Assembly (NCBI GenBank): GCA_963845565.1
Contig: CAWJSJ010000006.1
Location: 32,001 to 96,000 of the forward strand
Origin: an uncultured Methylomirabilota bacterium
GTDB lineage: Bacteria > Methylomirabilota > Methylomirabilia > Methylomirabilales > 2-02-FULL-66-22
Length of the DNA stretch: 64,000 nt
Direction: 5' to 3'
Positions 30,827-43,838 of this stretch are shown here, in pieces (the first letter of the stretch is position 1; the number at the start of each line of letters is the position of its first letter). The translations under genes were made by a program, and so were the position numbers. The notes beneath the pieces were generated by a model. It searched no databases. It worked only from the letters and a program-made list of their open reading frames with translations, and had not been told where the DNA came from.

Positions 30827-32152
30827 TCAGCGGCAGGATTGTTCGAATATCCGCAGAGGTGCAATCGTATCCTGCATGGGCAACCCTTCTCTGGTTGCTC
30901 CCCAACTCACTAACAGATTTGCAAAAAATCGGCTCGCCTCGATAACCGGCTGGGTACGCGCCGCGCGAAGAGCGAAATCCACCAACCTATCCGCGTAGAG
31001 TCGAGGGCTGAAGGTCGCCGCTGCCCATTGGGCCGCCCGTTCGCCCAACGCCGACCGCTCAGCCGGGTTGTGCAGGAGGAATACCAGCGTTTTTTGCAGA
31101 TCGCTGATTTCCTGGTTGGGCGCCACCTTGCACACGCAATCGTCCGGAAGCTCGCGATAGAACCCCGTGTCGGTTACGACCACGGCTTTGCCACAGAGCA
31201 TCGCCTCGATGGTCGATGCCGACGCGGCTTCCAGCGGTGGAAACCGTAGACAGCACACCACATCGGCGCGATCAATGGCGTGCGCCAACGTGGCATCGTC
31301 CACCTCACCGGAAATCAGCAACCGCACACCCAAACTGTGCGCCAGGGCGGAAAGGCGGGCTTGGGCATCCGACTCGATGTGACCGACGAGCCGCAGGATG
31401 GCCGTGTTCTGCAACTGCGGAGAAGTTCCGATGGCGCGGAGGATGCTGTCGACCCGCTTGTTGGCGTTGATTCGCCCGATGGTCAGGACAAGCATGGCGT
31501 CGCGCGCGGCTGAACTGTCAACCGGCACCGAGGCAGAACCAGATCCGGTCGCCGGACTGGCCGTGGGTTTGTCGTACGCAAGTGGAATAACCTCCACCGG
31601 GCCGGGGCACGAGCGCAAGACCCGCTGGATATCCCAACTCGAGTGGGTGATGACCCCCGTCGCCATCGCAGCGACCCATTCCGTCATGGGAGCCTTCTCT
31701 CGCGTTCCCTCGATGTAATCCGCCGGGTTGTCGTAGGCAAAATAGGACGCAGCGACCTCCTCGCCATAGCACGATTGCAGGATCGCTTGCGCCACCGTCC
31801 AGCGCGCTCCCGCCCACCCCCTGAAGAGATCACCGAGGAAATAGTCGTGCAGGCACACGATACCGGGAAGCGAGGGGAGCCACTCCAGGCAACCGCGATG
31901 GAAGGGAAAGTTGCCCCCGATCTGGTACACGATGGCGTCGGCATCCCGCGCGACACGAAACACCCCGTCGGTATCGTCCCAGCGCACCATCCTGGTTCCG
32001 AATTGATGTGGAGGTGTTCCGAGGAGCGCGTAATCTTCCGTGCGCACGATGGTGACGGTGTGATCGCTCGCCATCAACTCCCTTCCCACCAGCTGCGTCA
32101 CGCGGCCGATGGCGGAGGACGAGGCCGCCGGAGTGAAGAAAAGGAATTTCAT
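30827..32152 (-). CDS. Glycosyltransferase family 4
   Basis: YQIGGNFPFH, VCLHD, GRINANKR, LRFPPLEAASASTIEAM; ATGA overlap with the upstream gene. Confidence 0.83.
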   Translation of the reverse strand: MKFLFFTPAASSSAIGRVTQLVGRELMASDHTVTIVRTEDYALLGTPPHQFGTRMVRWDDTDGVFRVARDADAIVYQIGGNFPFHRGCLEWLPSLPGIVCLHDYFLGDLFRGWAGARWTVAQAILQSCYGEEVAASYFAYDNPADYIEGTREKAPMTEWVAAMATGVITHSSWDIQRVLRSCPGPVEVIPLAYDKPTASPATGSGSASVPVDSSAARDAMLVLTIGRINANKRVDSILRAIGTSPQLQNTAILRLVGHIESDAQARLSALAHSLGVRLLISGEVDDATLAHAIDRADVVCCLRFPPLEAASASTIEAMLCGKAVVVTDTGFYRELPDDCVCKVAPNQEISDLQKTLVFLLHNPAERSALGERAAQWAAATFSPRLYADRLVDFALRAARTQPVIEASRFFANLLVSWGATREGLPMQDTIAPLRIFEQSCR

Positions 32153-33183
32153 GCGAGCAGTTTCTCCACAGTCTTGGGCCAGGTGATGCCCATGCCGAAC
32201 CAATGGTCACGGGCGGCGGTGCCGTATTTGACCGCGGAGGTCGCATCGAGGCAGGCGGCGGCCATGGCGTCTGCCAGCGCTTGCGGCTCTGGAGCCACAA
32301 CCCAGCCGGTTTCCAGGTGGCGAACCAAGTCACGCACGCCGCCACTGTCGTGGACGGTGATAACGGGCTTGCCGGCCGCCGCTGCCTCTGCCGCGACGTA
32401 GCCGAAGTCTTCGTTGTAGGGCACGCAGGCGCACGCCGCGGCATGATTCACCATCTGCGCGACTTCCGTGCGGGCCAAAAAACGTAAGTCGAGCGTGACC
32501 CGATCGCCGAGTTCCAGTGTTTCCACCAGTTGGGTCAGGCGCATTCCGTCTTCCGGCGTGTCAGGGGGGCCGGCGATCACGAGCCGCACTTGTGGCGGCG
32601 CCAACGCCAGAGCCTCCAAGAGGAGTTGCTGGCGTTTCATGCTATTGATCCGCCCGCCGGCAAAGACGTACCCCTCGGAAGGGCCCCCAGCGAACAGTTC
32701 CGCGTCGTTCAGCGGTGGAACGAGCACTTCTGCGTTCACGCCGTTGTAATGCGCCAACCGCTGCTGGGTGGTCTTCGAGATCGTGAAAAGGCCGCGGCTC
32801 TCTCCGAAGGCCTCATTGTCCGCGTTTCGGATGACGCGGCGGATCTCCTGCCCCGGAGGACCTTCGGGCAGGTTGCTTTGACCGGCGTCGTATAGATCGT
32901 AGGCTTGCCGGTACTGGTGGAGGACCCACAGGGTCTTATGCGGGTGACGAACGAGATAGGCCGGAAACTTGAGCGCGATGACGCGATCGACATTGAACAT
33001 CTCGAAGCCCCGGACCATCAGCATCTGGGACGGGATGCGGGGCGCCGGCTCCCATCGGAAAGGGATCCGAAGCACTTCGGCCTCATGGCCCGCGGCAATC
33101 AGATTCTTTTCGAGATTCGCGGCCAACTCCTCCGCTCCTCCCCAGACGAACGGGGCCATGTTGTTGACGACCAAGACCTTCAC
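32149..33183 (-). CDS. Glycosyltransferase family 4
   Basis: PFVWGGAE, KFPAY, LHQYRQAYDL, GRINSMKRQ, EDFGYVAAEA. Confidence 0.9.
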   Translation of the reverse strand: MKVLVVNNMAPFVWGGAEELAANLEKNLIAAGHEAEVLRIPFRWEPAPRIPSQMLMVRGFEMFNVDRVIALKFPAYLVRHPHKTLWVLHQYRQAYDLYDAGQSNLPEGPPGQEIRRVIRNADNEAFGESRGLFTISKTTQQRLAHYNGVNAEVLVPPLNDAELFAGGPSEGYVFAGGRINSMKRQQLLLEALALAPPQVRLVIAGPPDTPEDGMRLTQLVETLELGDRVTLDLRFLARTEVAQMVNHAAACACVPYNEDFGYVAAEAAAAGKPVITVHDSGGVRDLVRHLETGWVVAPEPQALADAMAAACLDATSAVKYGTAARDHWFGMGITWPKTVEKLLA

Positions 33184-34220
33184 GAGAGCAGCCTTTCGAT
33201 CACGTGCGGCCAGGAGATCTTCAACGCGCCGAGTCTGGCGTGGGCGTGCTGCCCCATCCGGCGAGTGGCCTCGCGGTCGAGGTAGAGCCTGTCCATGGCC
33301 TCGGCCAGCGCTACCGGATCGGGATCCACCACCAGGCCGTTACAGCCGTCCGTCACCAATTCCACAACTCCTCCGGAGTCCGTCGTGGTCAGCACCGGTT
33401 TGCTGGCATGGCTCGCTTCAAGGCTTGGGTATCCGTAGGAGTCCTCGTCGAGCGGCAGATAGGCCGCCGCCAGGCAGTCGGCCAGCACTGCGACCTTTTC
33501 CGACTCGCTGATCCACCGGTCTTCGAAGGTGACGCGGCTCTCCAAGCGGGCGGCCGCGATCTGCACGCGCAGATCGTTGGCGTACGCCTTCATGTAGCAT
33601 TCTCCGCTCAGGCGCAACTTCACACCGGTGGTTGTGTATTGCATGGCCTCCACGAGCAGGTGCTGCCGCTTGTGGTGTTCGACCCGGGACAGGTAGACGA
33701 CTTCGTCGTTGAACGATCCGCAACGGAAGCGCTCGGGCCGGTAAATCGGCGGGTACAGCACCTCGCTGTCCACCTTGTTATACGTCTTGACCCGGTCGGA
33801 CACCACCTGGGAGTTGGTGAACACCCGCCGAGCTTCGCGGAAGGCGGCTGTGTCTATGGCGTGCACGGCCTCGCGAAGACCCCGGTGTCGGCCATCGTCG
33901 GGGAACCCACGGTACTGGGTGTCCCAGAGGTCGTAGAAGGCCCGCAAGTGATGGATGAACCAGAGGATCTTCTGCGGGTGAGGAATCAGATGCGCCGGGG
34001 GCCGAAAACAGATGATGCGATCGACTGCATCCGTGAGATCGATCCACCGATACGCCATCATCTGGGGAACGAGCGAACCGGCGGTATTATAGGTCGCCGG
34101 CAGATAGATGCGCTCAACCTGGTGCCCCGCTTCCTGGAGGGCACTTTCGAGCCACTCGACAATGTTCTTGGCTCCTCCCTTGAGAAACGGCACAAAGGAG
34201 GAGCAGAGCGCTATCTTCAT
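33180..34220 (-). CDS. Glycosyltransferase family 4 (paralogue of the neighbouring gene)
   Basis: PFLKGGA, HHLRAFYDLW, SRVEHHKRQ, DEDSYGYPSLEA, TTDSGG. Confidence 0.9.
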   Translation of the reverse strand: MKIALCSSFVPFLKGGAKNIVEWLESALQEAGHQVERIYLPATYNTAGSLVPQMMAYRWIDLTDAVDRIICFRPPAHLIPHPQKILWFIHHLRAFYDLWDTQYRGFPDDGRHRGLREAVHAIDTAAFREARRVFTNSQVVSDRVKTYNKVDSEVLYPPIYRPERFRCGSFNDEVVYLSRVEHHKRQHLLVEAMQYTTTGVKLRLSGECYMKAYANDLRVQIAAARLESRVTFEDRWISESEKVAVLADCLAAAYLPLDEDSYGYPSLEASHASKPVLTTTDSGGVVELVTDGCNGLVVDPDPVALAEAMDRLYLDREATRRMGQHAHARLGALKISWPHVIERLLS

Positions 34221-35323
34221 ATGCGGGAAAGAGCGGCAGAGAGACCGTTTGCGATCCGCTGGACGTCGGATTCGTTCAGAAATTGATGCGTCGGAAGGTT
34301 GATGCCGCGTTGCGCCCAGGTATCGGCCACCGGATAGGCGGCAGGCTCCTGGTACGGAGGCAGCACGTGCATGGGATAGAAGACAGGGCGCGTCTCAATG
34401 CCCAACTCATCGAGTCGGCGCATCACGTCGTCGCGCTGCTGCTCGCCACCCTCACGCAGAAAGATTGTGTACATCCAATGGACCTGTTTAGCCCAGACTG
34501 CCTGGGTCGGAAGAAGAATCCGATCCGACAGGGGTGCCAGTGCGGCCTCATACCAGCGGGCAAGCGTGTGCCTTTCAGCAATCGCAGTCTCGATGGTCTC
34601 CATCTGGGCGAGACCCATGGCTGCCTGAATATTGGTCATCCGATAGTTGTAGCCAACGACGGGAAACCAGTAGCGTCGCTTGAGGTCCATGCCCTGCCCA
34701 CGGTAAAGGCGGAGCTTGGCTGCGAGTTCGTCGTCGTCGGTTGTGACCATTCCACCTTCGCCGGTCGTGACGATCTTGTTGCCAAAAAAACTGAAGGCCG
34801 CGCAATCGCCTAGGCCGCCGACCTTTCTCCCAAGGTACTCGGCACCATGTGCCTCGGCCGCGTCTTCAAGAACGAACAAACCATGCCGCGTAGCAATCTC
34901 GGCGACCGGTCCCATTTCGCACGGGTGTCCGTAGAGATGGACGGGGATGATGCCGCGCGTTCTGGGTGAGATCTTCCCCGTGATTCCAGCCGGGTTGATG
35001 TTCAGCGTGCCGGGGCACACATCCACCAGCACCGGGGTGGCGCCGCAGTAGCGCACCGCATTGGCGGTTGCGATATAGGTGACGGTAGGAATAAGGATCT
35101 CGTCTCCGGCTGCGACACCCAGGGCAACCAGCGCAAGGTGGAGGGCGACCGTGCCGTTACAGGTCGCGACCGCATGCTTTACGCCGCAAAACCGTGCAAA
35201 CGTCTCCTCGAACGCGCTGATGTACTTACCATGCGAAGAGATCCAGCCCGTGTCCAGGCAGTCTAATACGTACCGCCGTTCATTTCCGGCCAGTTTGGGT
35301 TGGGCGACCGAGATCCGTTGCAT
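34217..35323 (-). CDS. per: DegT/DnrJ/EryC1/StrS aminotransferase, probable GDP-perosamine synthase
   Basis: GWISSHG, NGTVALHLAL, EDAAEAHGA, SFFGNKIVTTGEGG, GYNYRMTN, IETRPVFYP; gmd nearby. Confidence 0.8.
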   Translation of the reverse strand: MQRISVAQPKLAGNERRYVLDCLDTGWISSHGKYISAFEETFARFCGVKHAVATCNGTVALHLALVALGVAAGDEILIPTVTYIATANAVRYCGATPVLVDVCPGTLNINPAGITGKISPRTRGIIPVHLYGHPCEMGPVAEIATRHGLFVLEDAAEAHGAEYLGRKVGGLGDCAAFSFFGNKIVTTGEGGMVTTDDDELAAKLRLYRGQGMDLKRRYWFPVVGYNYRMTNIQAAMGLAQMETIETAIAERHTLARWYEAALAPLSDRILLPTQAVWAKQVHWMYTIFLREGGEQQRDDVMRRLDELGIETRPVFYPMHVLPPYQEPAAYPVADTWAQRGINLPTHQFLNESDVQRIANGLSAALSRI

Positions 35324-35329
35324 GACGTT

Positions 35330-35977
35330 TCACTCCATGTACTCTTGCTTGATAACCCTTGCCGGAACACCCACCGCCACGGCTCCGTCCGGAATATTGC
35401 GGATCACGACACCGCCAGCGCCCACAATAGCCCTCCGCCCAATCTGCATACCCGGAATGACCTTGGCACCGGTTCCGAGAAAGGCGCCTTCTCCAACGGT
35501 CACGTTGCCTGCCAGCGCGCACTGCGGTCCGATGTGAACGCCACGACCGAGGTGGCAATCGTGATCAATAGTCGCGCCGGTATTGATAATGACCAAGTCA
35601 TCAACCACCGATGCCGCATTGATGACCGCGCCGGCCATGACCGCGATTCCACCGCCGAGTCGGACAGAGGGAGAAATGATTGCGTGGGGGCTGATGGCGT
35701 TAATCAATTGAAAGCCGACCCGTCTCACCACATCGGCTACCCGCTGCCGATTAGCATTCGATCCAATCGCCACGAACGCCCGGCAATAGCCCTTTTGCCG
35801 CAAGAGGGGCAGATGCTCGTCGCCTTCAAGACCCGATACACCGACACAGGTTTCGGCGCCGTGCGTCCGGCTCACGCAGTAGTCGACCGTTTCGCCGTTG
35901 GCCTGCAATATTTCAATGACGACCTTGGCATGGCCGCCTGCGCCAAGCACGACAACGTGTTCCTTGTGTTCCTTCAC
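35330..35977 (-). CDS. NeuD/PglD/PerB-type sugar N-acetyltransferase
   Basis: LGAGGHAKVV, VAIGSN, INTGATIDHDC, VGVPAR; GTGA overlap with the upstream gene. Confidence 0.9.
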   Translation of the reverse strand: MKEHKEHVVVLGAGGHAKVVIEILQANGETVDYCVSRTHGAETCVGVSGLEGDEHLPLLRQKGYCRAFVAIGSNANRQRVADVVRRVGFQLINAISPHAIISPSVRLGGGIAVMAGAVINAASVVDDLVIINTGATIDHDCHLGRGVHIGPQCALAGNVTVGEGAFLGTGAKVIPGMQIGRRAIVGAGGVVIRNIPDGAVAVGVPARVIKQEYME

Positions 35978-36993
35978 GGCCAAATCTCTGCCTTGCGCCA
36001 TACCTCCACACCAGGGCGAGCAAATAACAGATCGACTGACTCCACTCGGTCGAGCTTCTCTTCCGCCCAGGACTCTGGCACACCGGTTTTGTGGTCAATC
36101 ACCCGATATGCAAGCCCGAGGGCCTCAAAACGTGACAGCCAATCGCGTGTCGTGTGGCCGGCACGACGCACATGGGCAGGCACGAACTTGACCATCAAAG
36201 CCGCGCCATCGTTTTGTCGAATGAGTGACCCGCTCCCGCCTAGCACATCGAGTTCTGCCCCGTGGGCGTCAATCCTGATGAGAGTGACAACCGGATTGGA
36301 CGCCGTGACCTCGTCCAAAGTGACGCAGCAGACGTCAACCGGCGTGCGATGTATGTCCGCCGGACGCGACAGCGAAGAAAGCCCATGATGATCACTCGTC
36401 CCGTCCGGCAACAACTGCTGGCGGCCCGACCGACTGGACACGGCGGCCTGGTGGATGTCAACGATGCCGGAAAAACCGTTCAGCCCGACCGTCTTCTCCA
36501 GAAGGCGCTTGGTTGGTTCGCACGGTTCGAAAGCCACGACGCGGCCCACCCCCTGCATCGCTCTGGCGGCTGCAAGGGTGTGTACGCCGATGTTCGCACC
36601 AACGTCAATGAAGACATCCCCGGGCCCCAAGAGTTTCTGTATCAACCGACGTGTACCACGTTCGAGTTCGCCTTCGAGCAAGCCCGTGACGAGGGCATAA
36701 TCCCGGGGCGAGCACAAGACGTAGCCCACGTCCGATCGAACAAGCACCTCGTCGGGTCCACACACTACCATCACACGCCTATCAAGGCGGGCTGTAAGCT
36801 CGGCCACCTGAGTCCGTATTTCGTGTTGTAGTTTCGTCCTCAGTGCCTGCATGTCCTCTTGGAGTTTCGTCCTCAGTGCCTGCGTGTCCTCCTGCATCGG
36901 CGCTATGAGGTAGCGTCGAAGGGGCGAGACGATGCGGGCCAGCGTGGGCTTAATTCGTCGGACGACGGCGCGCACTGCTGAGTGCAGCGCCAT
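35974..36993 (-). CDS. FkbM-family methyltransferase with N-terminal coiled coil
   Basis: FIDVGANIGVH, VAFEP, TLDE, IRIDAHGAE; start uncertain (36993 or 37146). Confidence 0.8.
   Translation of the reverse strand: MALHSAVRAVVRRIKPTLARIVSPLRRYLIAPMQEDTQALRTKLQEDMQALRTKLQHEIRTQVAELTARLDRRVMVVCGPDEVLVRSDVGYVLCSPRDYALVTGLLEGELERGTRRLIQKLLGPGDVFIDVGANIGVHTLAAARAMQGVGRVVAFEPCEPTKRLLEKTVGLNGFSGIVDIHQAAVSSRSGRQQLLPDGTSDHHGLSSLSRPADIHRTPVDVCCVTLDEVTASNPVVTLIRIDAHGAELDVLGGSGSLIRQNDGAALMVKFVPAHVRRAGHTTRDWLSRFEALGLAYRVIDHKTGVPESWAEEKLDRVESVDLLFARPGVEVWRKAEIWP
36830..36895. repeat. 33-bp tandem duplication (11-aa coiled-coil unit)
   Basis: QEDTQALRTKL / QEDMQALRTKL; DNA units 36830-36862 and 36863-36895. 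Confidence 0.88.
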
Positions 36994-37606
36994 GCCCGCC
37001 CTGGCGCGAAACGCCTTCGAGGCCACGTTGTCATGGCTGCGGGGACCTGCGATATCGCGGATCTGAGAAGGGTAGAGCGCAAGCCGCCTCATTTGCGACT
37101 TGAAGGCAAGTTCAAGATCCACACCGGCCCGAAGTTTGTTGTGCATTCCCGACTCATTCAGACAGATGCCGAAAGGGGATCTTGGCACCACCAGAAGGAT
37201 ACGGCCAACAGCGGATTCGCTCCCCGTCTGAATCTTCTCTATCGCGGTCGGCCTCGCAGTCCAGTGGATGAGCTGCTGCCCGGTGACCATTCGCGGCGCC
37301 GCCCCGAGGGTTTACGGACGGCCGTCCGAGATCGAGACTGAATTCTGTCTCGGCGACGAATTGGCCGCCGCGCACTCGCCTCGCGCTCCTCGGTCGGCCA
37401 CAATACGCCACCCCACGAGAGAATACCACACACCGGCGACAAGCTATCAAGGCGAAGAGTGGGTGTCAAGAGTCAGTCTCTCCGTGGCGGCATCCGAACG
37501 CGTGTCTTCTTTTGCACGAACCCCAGCCTTGGAGTATACTGCCGAAAATTCCAGACCTGCTTGGCGGGGTAGCAAGCGGGCATTCCCGACGCCGAGGAGA
37601 CGACGA

Positions 37607-39614
<2,008 letters not shown>

Positions 39615-39700
39615 CCAGAAGACCGATCGGGCCGGAATCGATCACCACAAGAAGCACAAGAGGCACGGGCGGTTCATCAACGATCCAACTTCCGCCGCGC

Positions 39701-40852
39701 TTACGCGTCGCCCCCTACGCCGGCCACGCGGCGGTACACGGCAACCGTCTCCTCTGCACATCGTTGCCACGAGAAGCGCTTCGCCCGCTCGATTCCGCGC
39801 GCGCGTAATTCGACCCGGTGCCCTTCGTCCTCCAGTAACCTTTCCATGGAGATCCGGAGCCCGTCCACGTCGTCCGGGTGAACCAGGTCGGCCGCGTCGC
39901 CGGCCACTTCCGGGAGACACGACACGGACGAGGTAATCACCGGCACCCCGCTCGCCATGGCTTCGACGACGGGTAATCCGAATCCCTCGTAGCGTGATGG
40001 ATAGACGAAGAGTCGCGCCCCCGCGTAGATGACGGGGAGCTCCTCTTGTGGCACGAAACCGAGAAAGCGGAGCCACCCCGCTGCCTCTCCGGTGTGTATC
40101 AGGTTCTCTATTTCTCCGGAAAGCCAACCGCGTTGTCCGGCAATGACCAGCGGGGTCACGCCGCGGAGCCGCTCGGGAAGCGTTCCGAACGCTCGAATCG
40201 CCGCCGCGAGGTTCTTGCGCGGTTCCAAGGTTCCGACCGAGAGCGCGTAACCACCATGGTGCAGGCCCCGAGCCGCAAGACGCGCGCGACACGCGGCCTC
40301 CTCGCGCGGCACGAATGCGGGATCCACGCCGAGATGGATTGCCGTGATGCGTTCACCCGCGAGGCCGAAGTGCTCGATCGCTTCGCGCCGCACTTCCTCG
40401 GAGTCGGTGATGATGTGCGCAGCGCGAGCCAGCGTGTTTGGCAAGTACCGCTCCAAGTGTCTGAGGCGCTCCTTCGGTTGTGTGTCAGGGTAGCGTACGA
40501 ACGATAAGTCGTGCAGTGTGGAAACGATCGGGCCGTGGAATGGAAGCGCGACGTAGTTCGGCTCGTGGTAGATGTGGGGGCGGAAGGCGCGTACACCGCG
40601 GGCGAAGAAGGGGCGCTGCGCGGTTCGGATGAGGATGTACGCGAAAGGGATGGTGCTTTTGATTGCGCGTTTGGCGGCGTCTGCCACGGGCATGGGGGAT
40701 GCGATAGGGCGGCGATCCCACCCGGTGCCGTAGAAATACCGGATGTCGATATCTCCACGTCCTGCAATCGCGACCATCAATTGGCGAATATACTGTCCGA
40801 TGCCGGTGAGGGGCGATCGCAGGGGTACGGCGTTGACCGCGAGTCTCAGCAT
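39701..40852 (-). CDS. Glycosyltransferase family 4 (mannosyl/rhamnosyltransferase-like)
   Basis: TGIGQY, HEPNY, TLHDLS, VGTLEPRKN, PSRYEGFGLPVVEAMASG. Confidence 0.9.
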   Translation of the reverse strand: MLRLAVNAVPLRSPLTGIGQYIRQLMVAIAGRGDIDIRYFYGTGWDRRPIASPMPVADAAKRAIKSTIPFAYILIRTAQRPFFARGVRAFRPHIYHEPNYVALPFHGPIVSTLHDLSFVRYPDTQPKERLRHLERYLPNTLARAAHIITDSEEVRREAIEHFGLAGERITAIHLGVDPAFVPREEAACRARLAARGLHHGGYALSVGTLEPRKNLAAAIRAFGTLPERLRGVTPLVIAGQRGWLSGEIENLIHTGEAAGWLRFLGFVPQEELPVIYAGARLFVYPSRYEGFGLPVVEAMASGVPVITSSVSCLPEVAGDAADLVHPDDVDGLRISMERLLEDEGHRVELRARGIERAKRFSWQRCAEETVAVYRRVAGVGGDA

Positions 40853-41153
40853 CGGGGCCGTCCCTATTCCTGGTTGAGGGTGTGAAAACGCGGAGCGCGT
40901 TCCAGCCGTTTGGGTTATGCCGTGCGAGCCATGGGGTTGGAGACACATCCCCGACCGACACCTTGTCCGCACCACACCCCTGCCGCAAGGCCCCGATCGG
41001 AAGCGAAGTATGCGGTGGTTCAGCGCTACCCGTCAAGCGGAAAGGCGGCGTGCGGGCAATGGGGCCACCGGGCTATCCCGTTGTCTGGCGAGTCGCTCTG
41101 TGGTACGTTCGCAATGATGCGGGCCGGTGGTCGGTACGGCGGTGGGGACTGGC

Positions 41154-42315
41154 ATGCGGGTGGCGCTCGTCCATGATTGGCTCACGGGGATGCGAGGCGG
41201 GGAGCGGTGTCTGGAGGTGTTCTGCGAGCTCTTTCCGGACGCAACGCTCTTCACGCTGATCCACGTGCCCGGGTCGGTGTCGGAACGGATCGAACGCATG
41301 CGGATTCGGGCCTCCGCCTTCAGCCGGTTGCCGGGGATCTCGCGCCGGTATCGCATGTTGTTGCCCCTCTTTCCGCGGGCCATAGAACGCTTCGACCTCA
41401 CCGGGTACGACCTGATCCTGTCCAGCAGCCACTGCGTCGCCAAGGGGGTGCGGGTTCCGCGGGGCGCGTTGCACATTTCGTACATCTTCACGCCGATGCG
41501 GTACGTCTGGGATCTCTACGACGACTATTTCGGGCCCGGACAGGGTAGCCCGCTTCGGCGGGCCGTGATGGCGATGCTTCGTCCGAGGCTGCAGCGCTGG
41601 GACGTGGCGGGCGCAGCGCGGGTCCACCACTTCGTGGCTATCTCGCGGTACATCGCGGATCGGGTCAAGCGTCACTATGGGCGCGAGGCCTCGGTCGTCT
41701 ATCCACCGGTGGACACGGCGCGATTCCGTCTCGGGCGAGGGGAAAGGAGAGTTCTACCTGATCGTCTCGGCGTTCGCACCGTACAAGCGCCTCGATCTGG
41801 CCGTCCAGGCCTGTAACGCACTCCGGCGGCCGTTGAAGATCGTCGGGACCGGGCAGGACGAACGAAAACTCCGGGTGCTGGCGGGTCCCACGGTGGAGTT
41901 CCTCGGGCCCCGGTCCGACGCGGAAATCGCCGACCTCTACCCTCGATGCCGGGCGCTGTTGTTCCCTGGGGTGGAGGACTTCGGGATCACCCCGCTCGAA
42001 GCGATGGCCTCGGGGCGTCCGGTTATCGCCTACGGCCAAGGCGGGGCGCTGGAGACCATCGTCCCGCTGGATCCCGCGGCGCCACGGACGCCCGGCCCGA
42101 CCGGAGTGTTCTTCGGGGCGCAGACCGTCGACGCGCTGGTGGCGGCCATCGAGCGATTCGAGGCCAACGCCGATCGCTTCGTTCCGGAGGCATTGCGGGA
42201 GCACGCTCTGGGTTTCGACCGCCAGGTATTCAAGGACAGGATCGAAGCGGTCGTCGCGGCGCGGTGGGCGACGCATGTCAATGAGCAGGGGCTGTCCGAT
42301 GCTGCGAAAACATAG
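41154..42315 (+). pseudogene. Glycosyltransferase family 4, +1 frameshift in the G run near 41733
   Basis: MRVALVHDWLTGMRGGE, SSHCVAKG, TPMRY, YPPVD then FYLIVSAFAPYKR, EDFGITPLEAMASG in the shifted frame. Confidence 0.85.
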
Positions 42316-43699
42316 CAAGTTCTTCGAGAACCTCTTACTCTTGGCGGACCTCGCCACGGTGGCAGCGTGTTGGCTGGCGGCCTATGCCTTTCGCTTTTTT
42401 CTGGATCCCATCCCGGCACCCCGTGGCATCCCGGCCCTGAAGCCTTACCTGCTGCTCCTCCTGCCGATGCTCGTGATCTGGCCGATGGTCTTTCGCAACT
42501 TCGGCCTGTACCGGCCGCGCCGCATCGGCACCCGCCTGGGAGAGATCGCGGACATTGCCAAGGCGTGCAGCGTCTCGGTGCTCTTGTTGACCGCCTTGAC
42601 GTTCTTCGTCCGGGATTTCGAGTTCTCGCGTCTGGTGCTGCTCTATTTCTGGGTGCTCTCGACCGCCGGCCTTAGCCTGGCGCGCGGGGCGTTCCGAGAG
42701 AGCCTTCGGTTCGTCCGACGGCAGGGACATAATCTCCGTTTCGGCGTACTGGTCGGGTGGGGCGAGATTGCAGACGAGGTGGTCCGGCGGCTCGGCGCGC
42801 ACCCCGAGTTGGGCATCCGCCTGCGCGGCTGCTTTCTGGATCCCGCCGCCGCCGTGGCCGCTCCTGGGGGACTTCCCGTGCTGGGCCCACCGGGCGCAGT
42901 GTCCCGTTTTCTTCGCGAGGAGGCGGTCGACCACGTCTTCGTGGCGCTGCCCCTGGAAGCGTCTCCGCGCCTTCCCGAAGTGCTGGAAGGCCTCGATGAC
43001 GCCATCGTGGACATCCGGGTCGTCCCGGATTTCTCCCGGTATATGAATCTTCGTGGCGGGATCGAGGAGTTCGAGGGGCTCCCCTTCATCTGCCTGCAAG
43101 GAAGCCCCGTCTACGGCTGGGACCGCGTGGCGAAGCGAAGTCTCGACGTGATGGTGGCGGCGTGCCTCCTCATGCTCTTAAGCCCCCTGCTGATCCTGAT
43201 CGCCGTCCTCGTGAAATTGACGTCGCCTGGGCCGGTGCTTTACCGGCAAGAACGTATGGGCCTGGACGGTCGGACCTTCTCGATGTTGAAATTCCGAAGC
43301 ATGCGGGTAGGAGCCGAAGACGAGAGCGGGCCGGTCTGGGCGCAGGCGGGCGACGCCCGGCGGACCCCTATCGGCGCATTCCTGCGTTCCGCCAGCCTCG
43401 ATGAGCTGCCGCAGCTCTGGAACGTCTTCAAGGGAGAGATGAGCCTGGTCGGACCTCGGCCGGAACGGCCGGTCTTCATTCAAGATTTCCGGCAGCGGGT
43501 CCCGAAATATATGCTGCGGCACACGGTAAAGGCGGGCATCACGGGATGGGCTCAGGTAAACGGCTGGCGCGGCGACACGTCCATCGAGAAGCGGATCGAG
43601 TGCGACCTGTACTACATCGAGCACTGGTCGTTCTGGTTCGATCTCAAGATCCTCTGTCTCACCCTCTGGAAGGGGCTCGTGAGCCGGAATGCCTACTGA
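42299..43699 (+). CDS. Undecaprenyl-phosphate sugar phosphotransferase (WcaJ-like)
   Basis: [47 protein letters not shown]. Confidence 0.92.
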   Translation: MLRKHSKFFENLLLLADLATVAACWLAAYAFRFFLDPIPAPRGIPALKPYLLLLLPMLVIWPMVFRNFGLYRPRRIGTRLGEIADIAKACSVSVLLLTALTFFVRDFEFSRLVLLYFWVLSTAGLSLARGAFRESLRFVRRQGHNLRFGVLVGWGEIADEVVRRLGAHPELGIRLRGCFLDPAAAVAAPGGLPVLGPPGAVSRFLREEAVDHVFVALPLEASPRLPEVLEGLDDAIVDIRVVPDFSRYMNLRGGIEEFEGLPFICLQGSPVYGWDRVAKRSLDVMVAACLLMLLSPLLILIAVLVKLTSPGPVLYRQERMGLDGRTFSMLKFRSMRVGAEDESGPVWAQAGDARRTPIGAFLRSASLDELPQLWNVFKGEMSLVGPRPERPVFIQDFRQRVPKYMLRHTVKAGITGWAQVNGWRGDTSIEKRIECDLYYIEHWSFWFDLKILCLTLWKGLVSRNAY

Positions 43700-43838
43700 A
43701 GATCACGATGAACGCTCGAAATCGTAAGTCGGGGATGGGAAACCGCGCACCGCAGGGTTCGGCTGGCCGGTTGACACAGGGCGGTCGCCGGCGTGGCGAG
43801 TCCGAATATGCCGGCCGTCTGCCGAGGGCGTACCGAAC

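Noticed and set aside
37563..37573. ops/JUMPstart element upstream of rmd-gmd (GGCGGGGTAGC)
   Set aside because: Does not match GGCGGTAG and the JUMPstart upstream half is absent.
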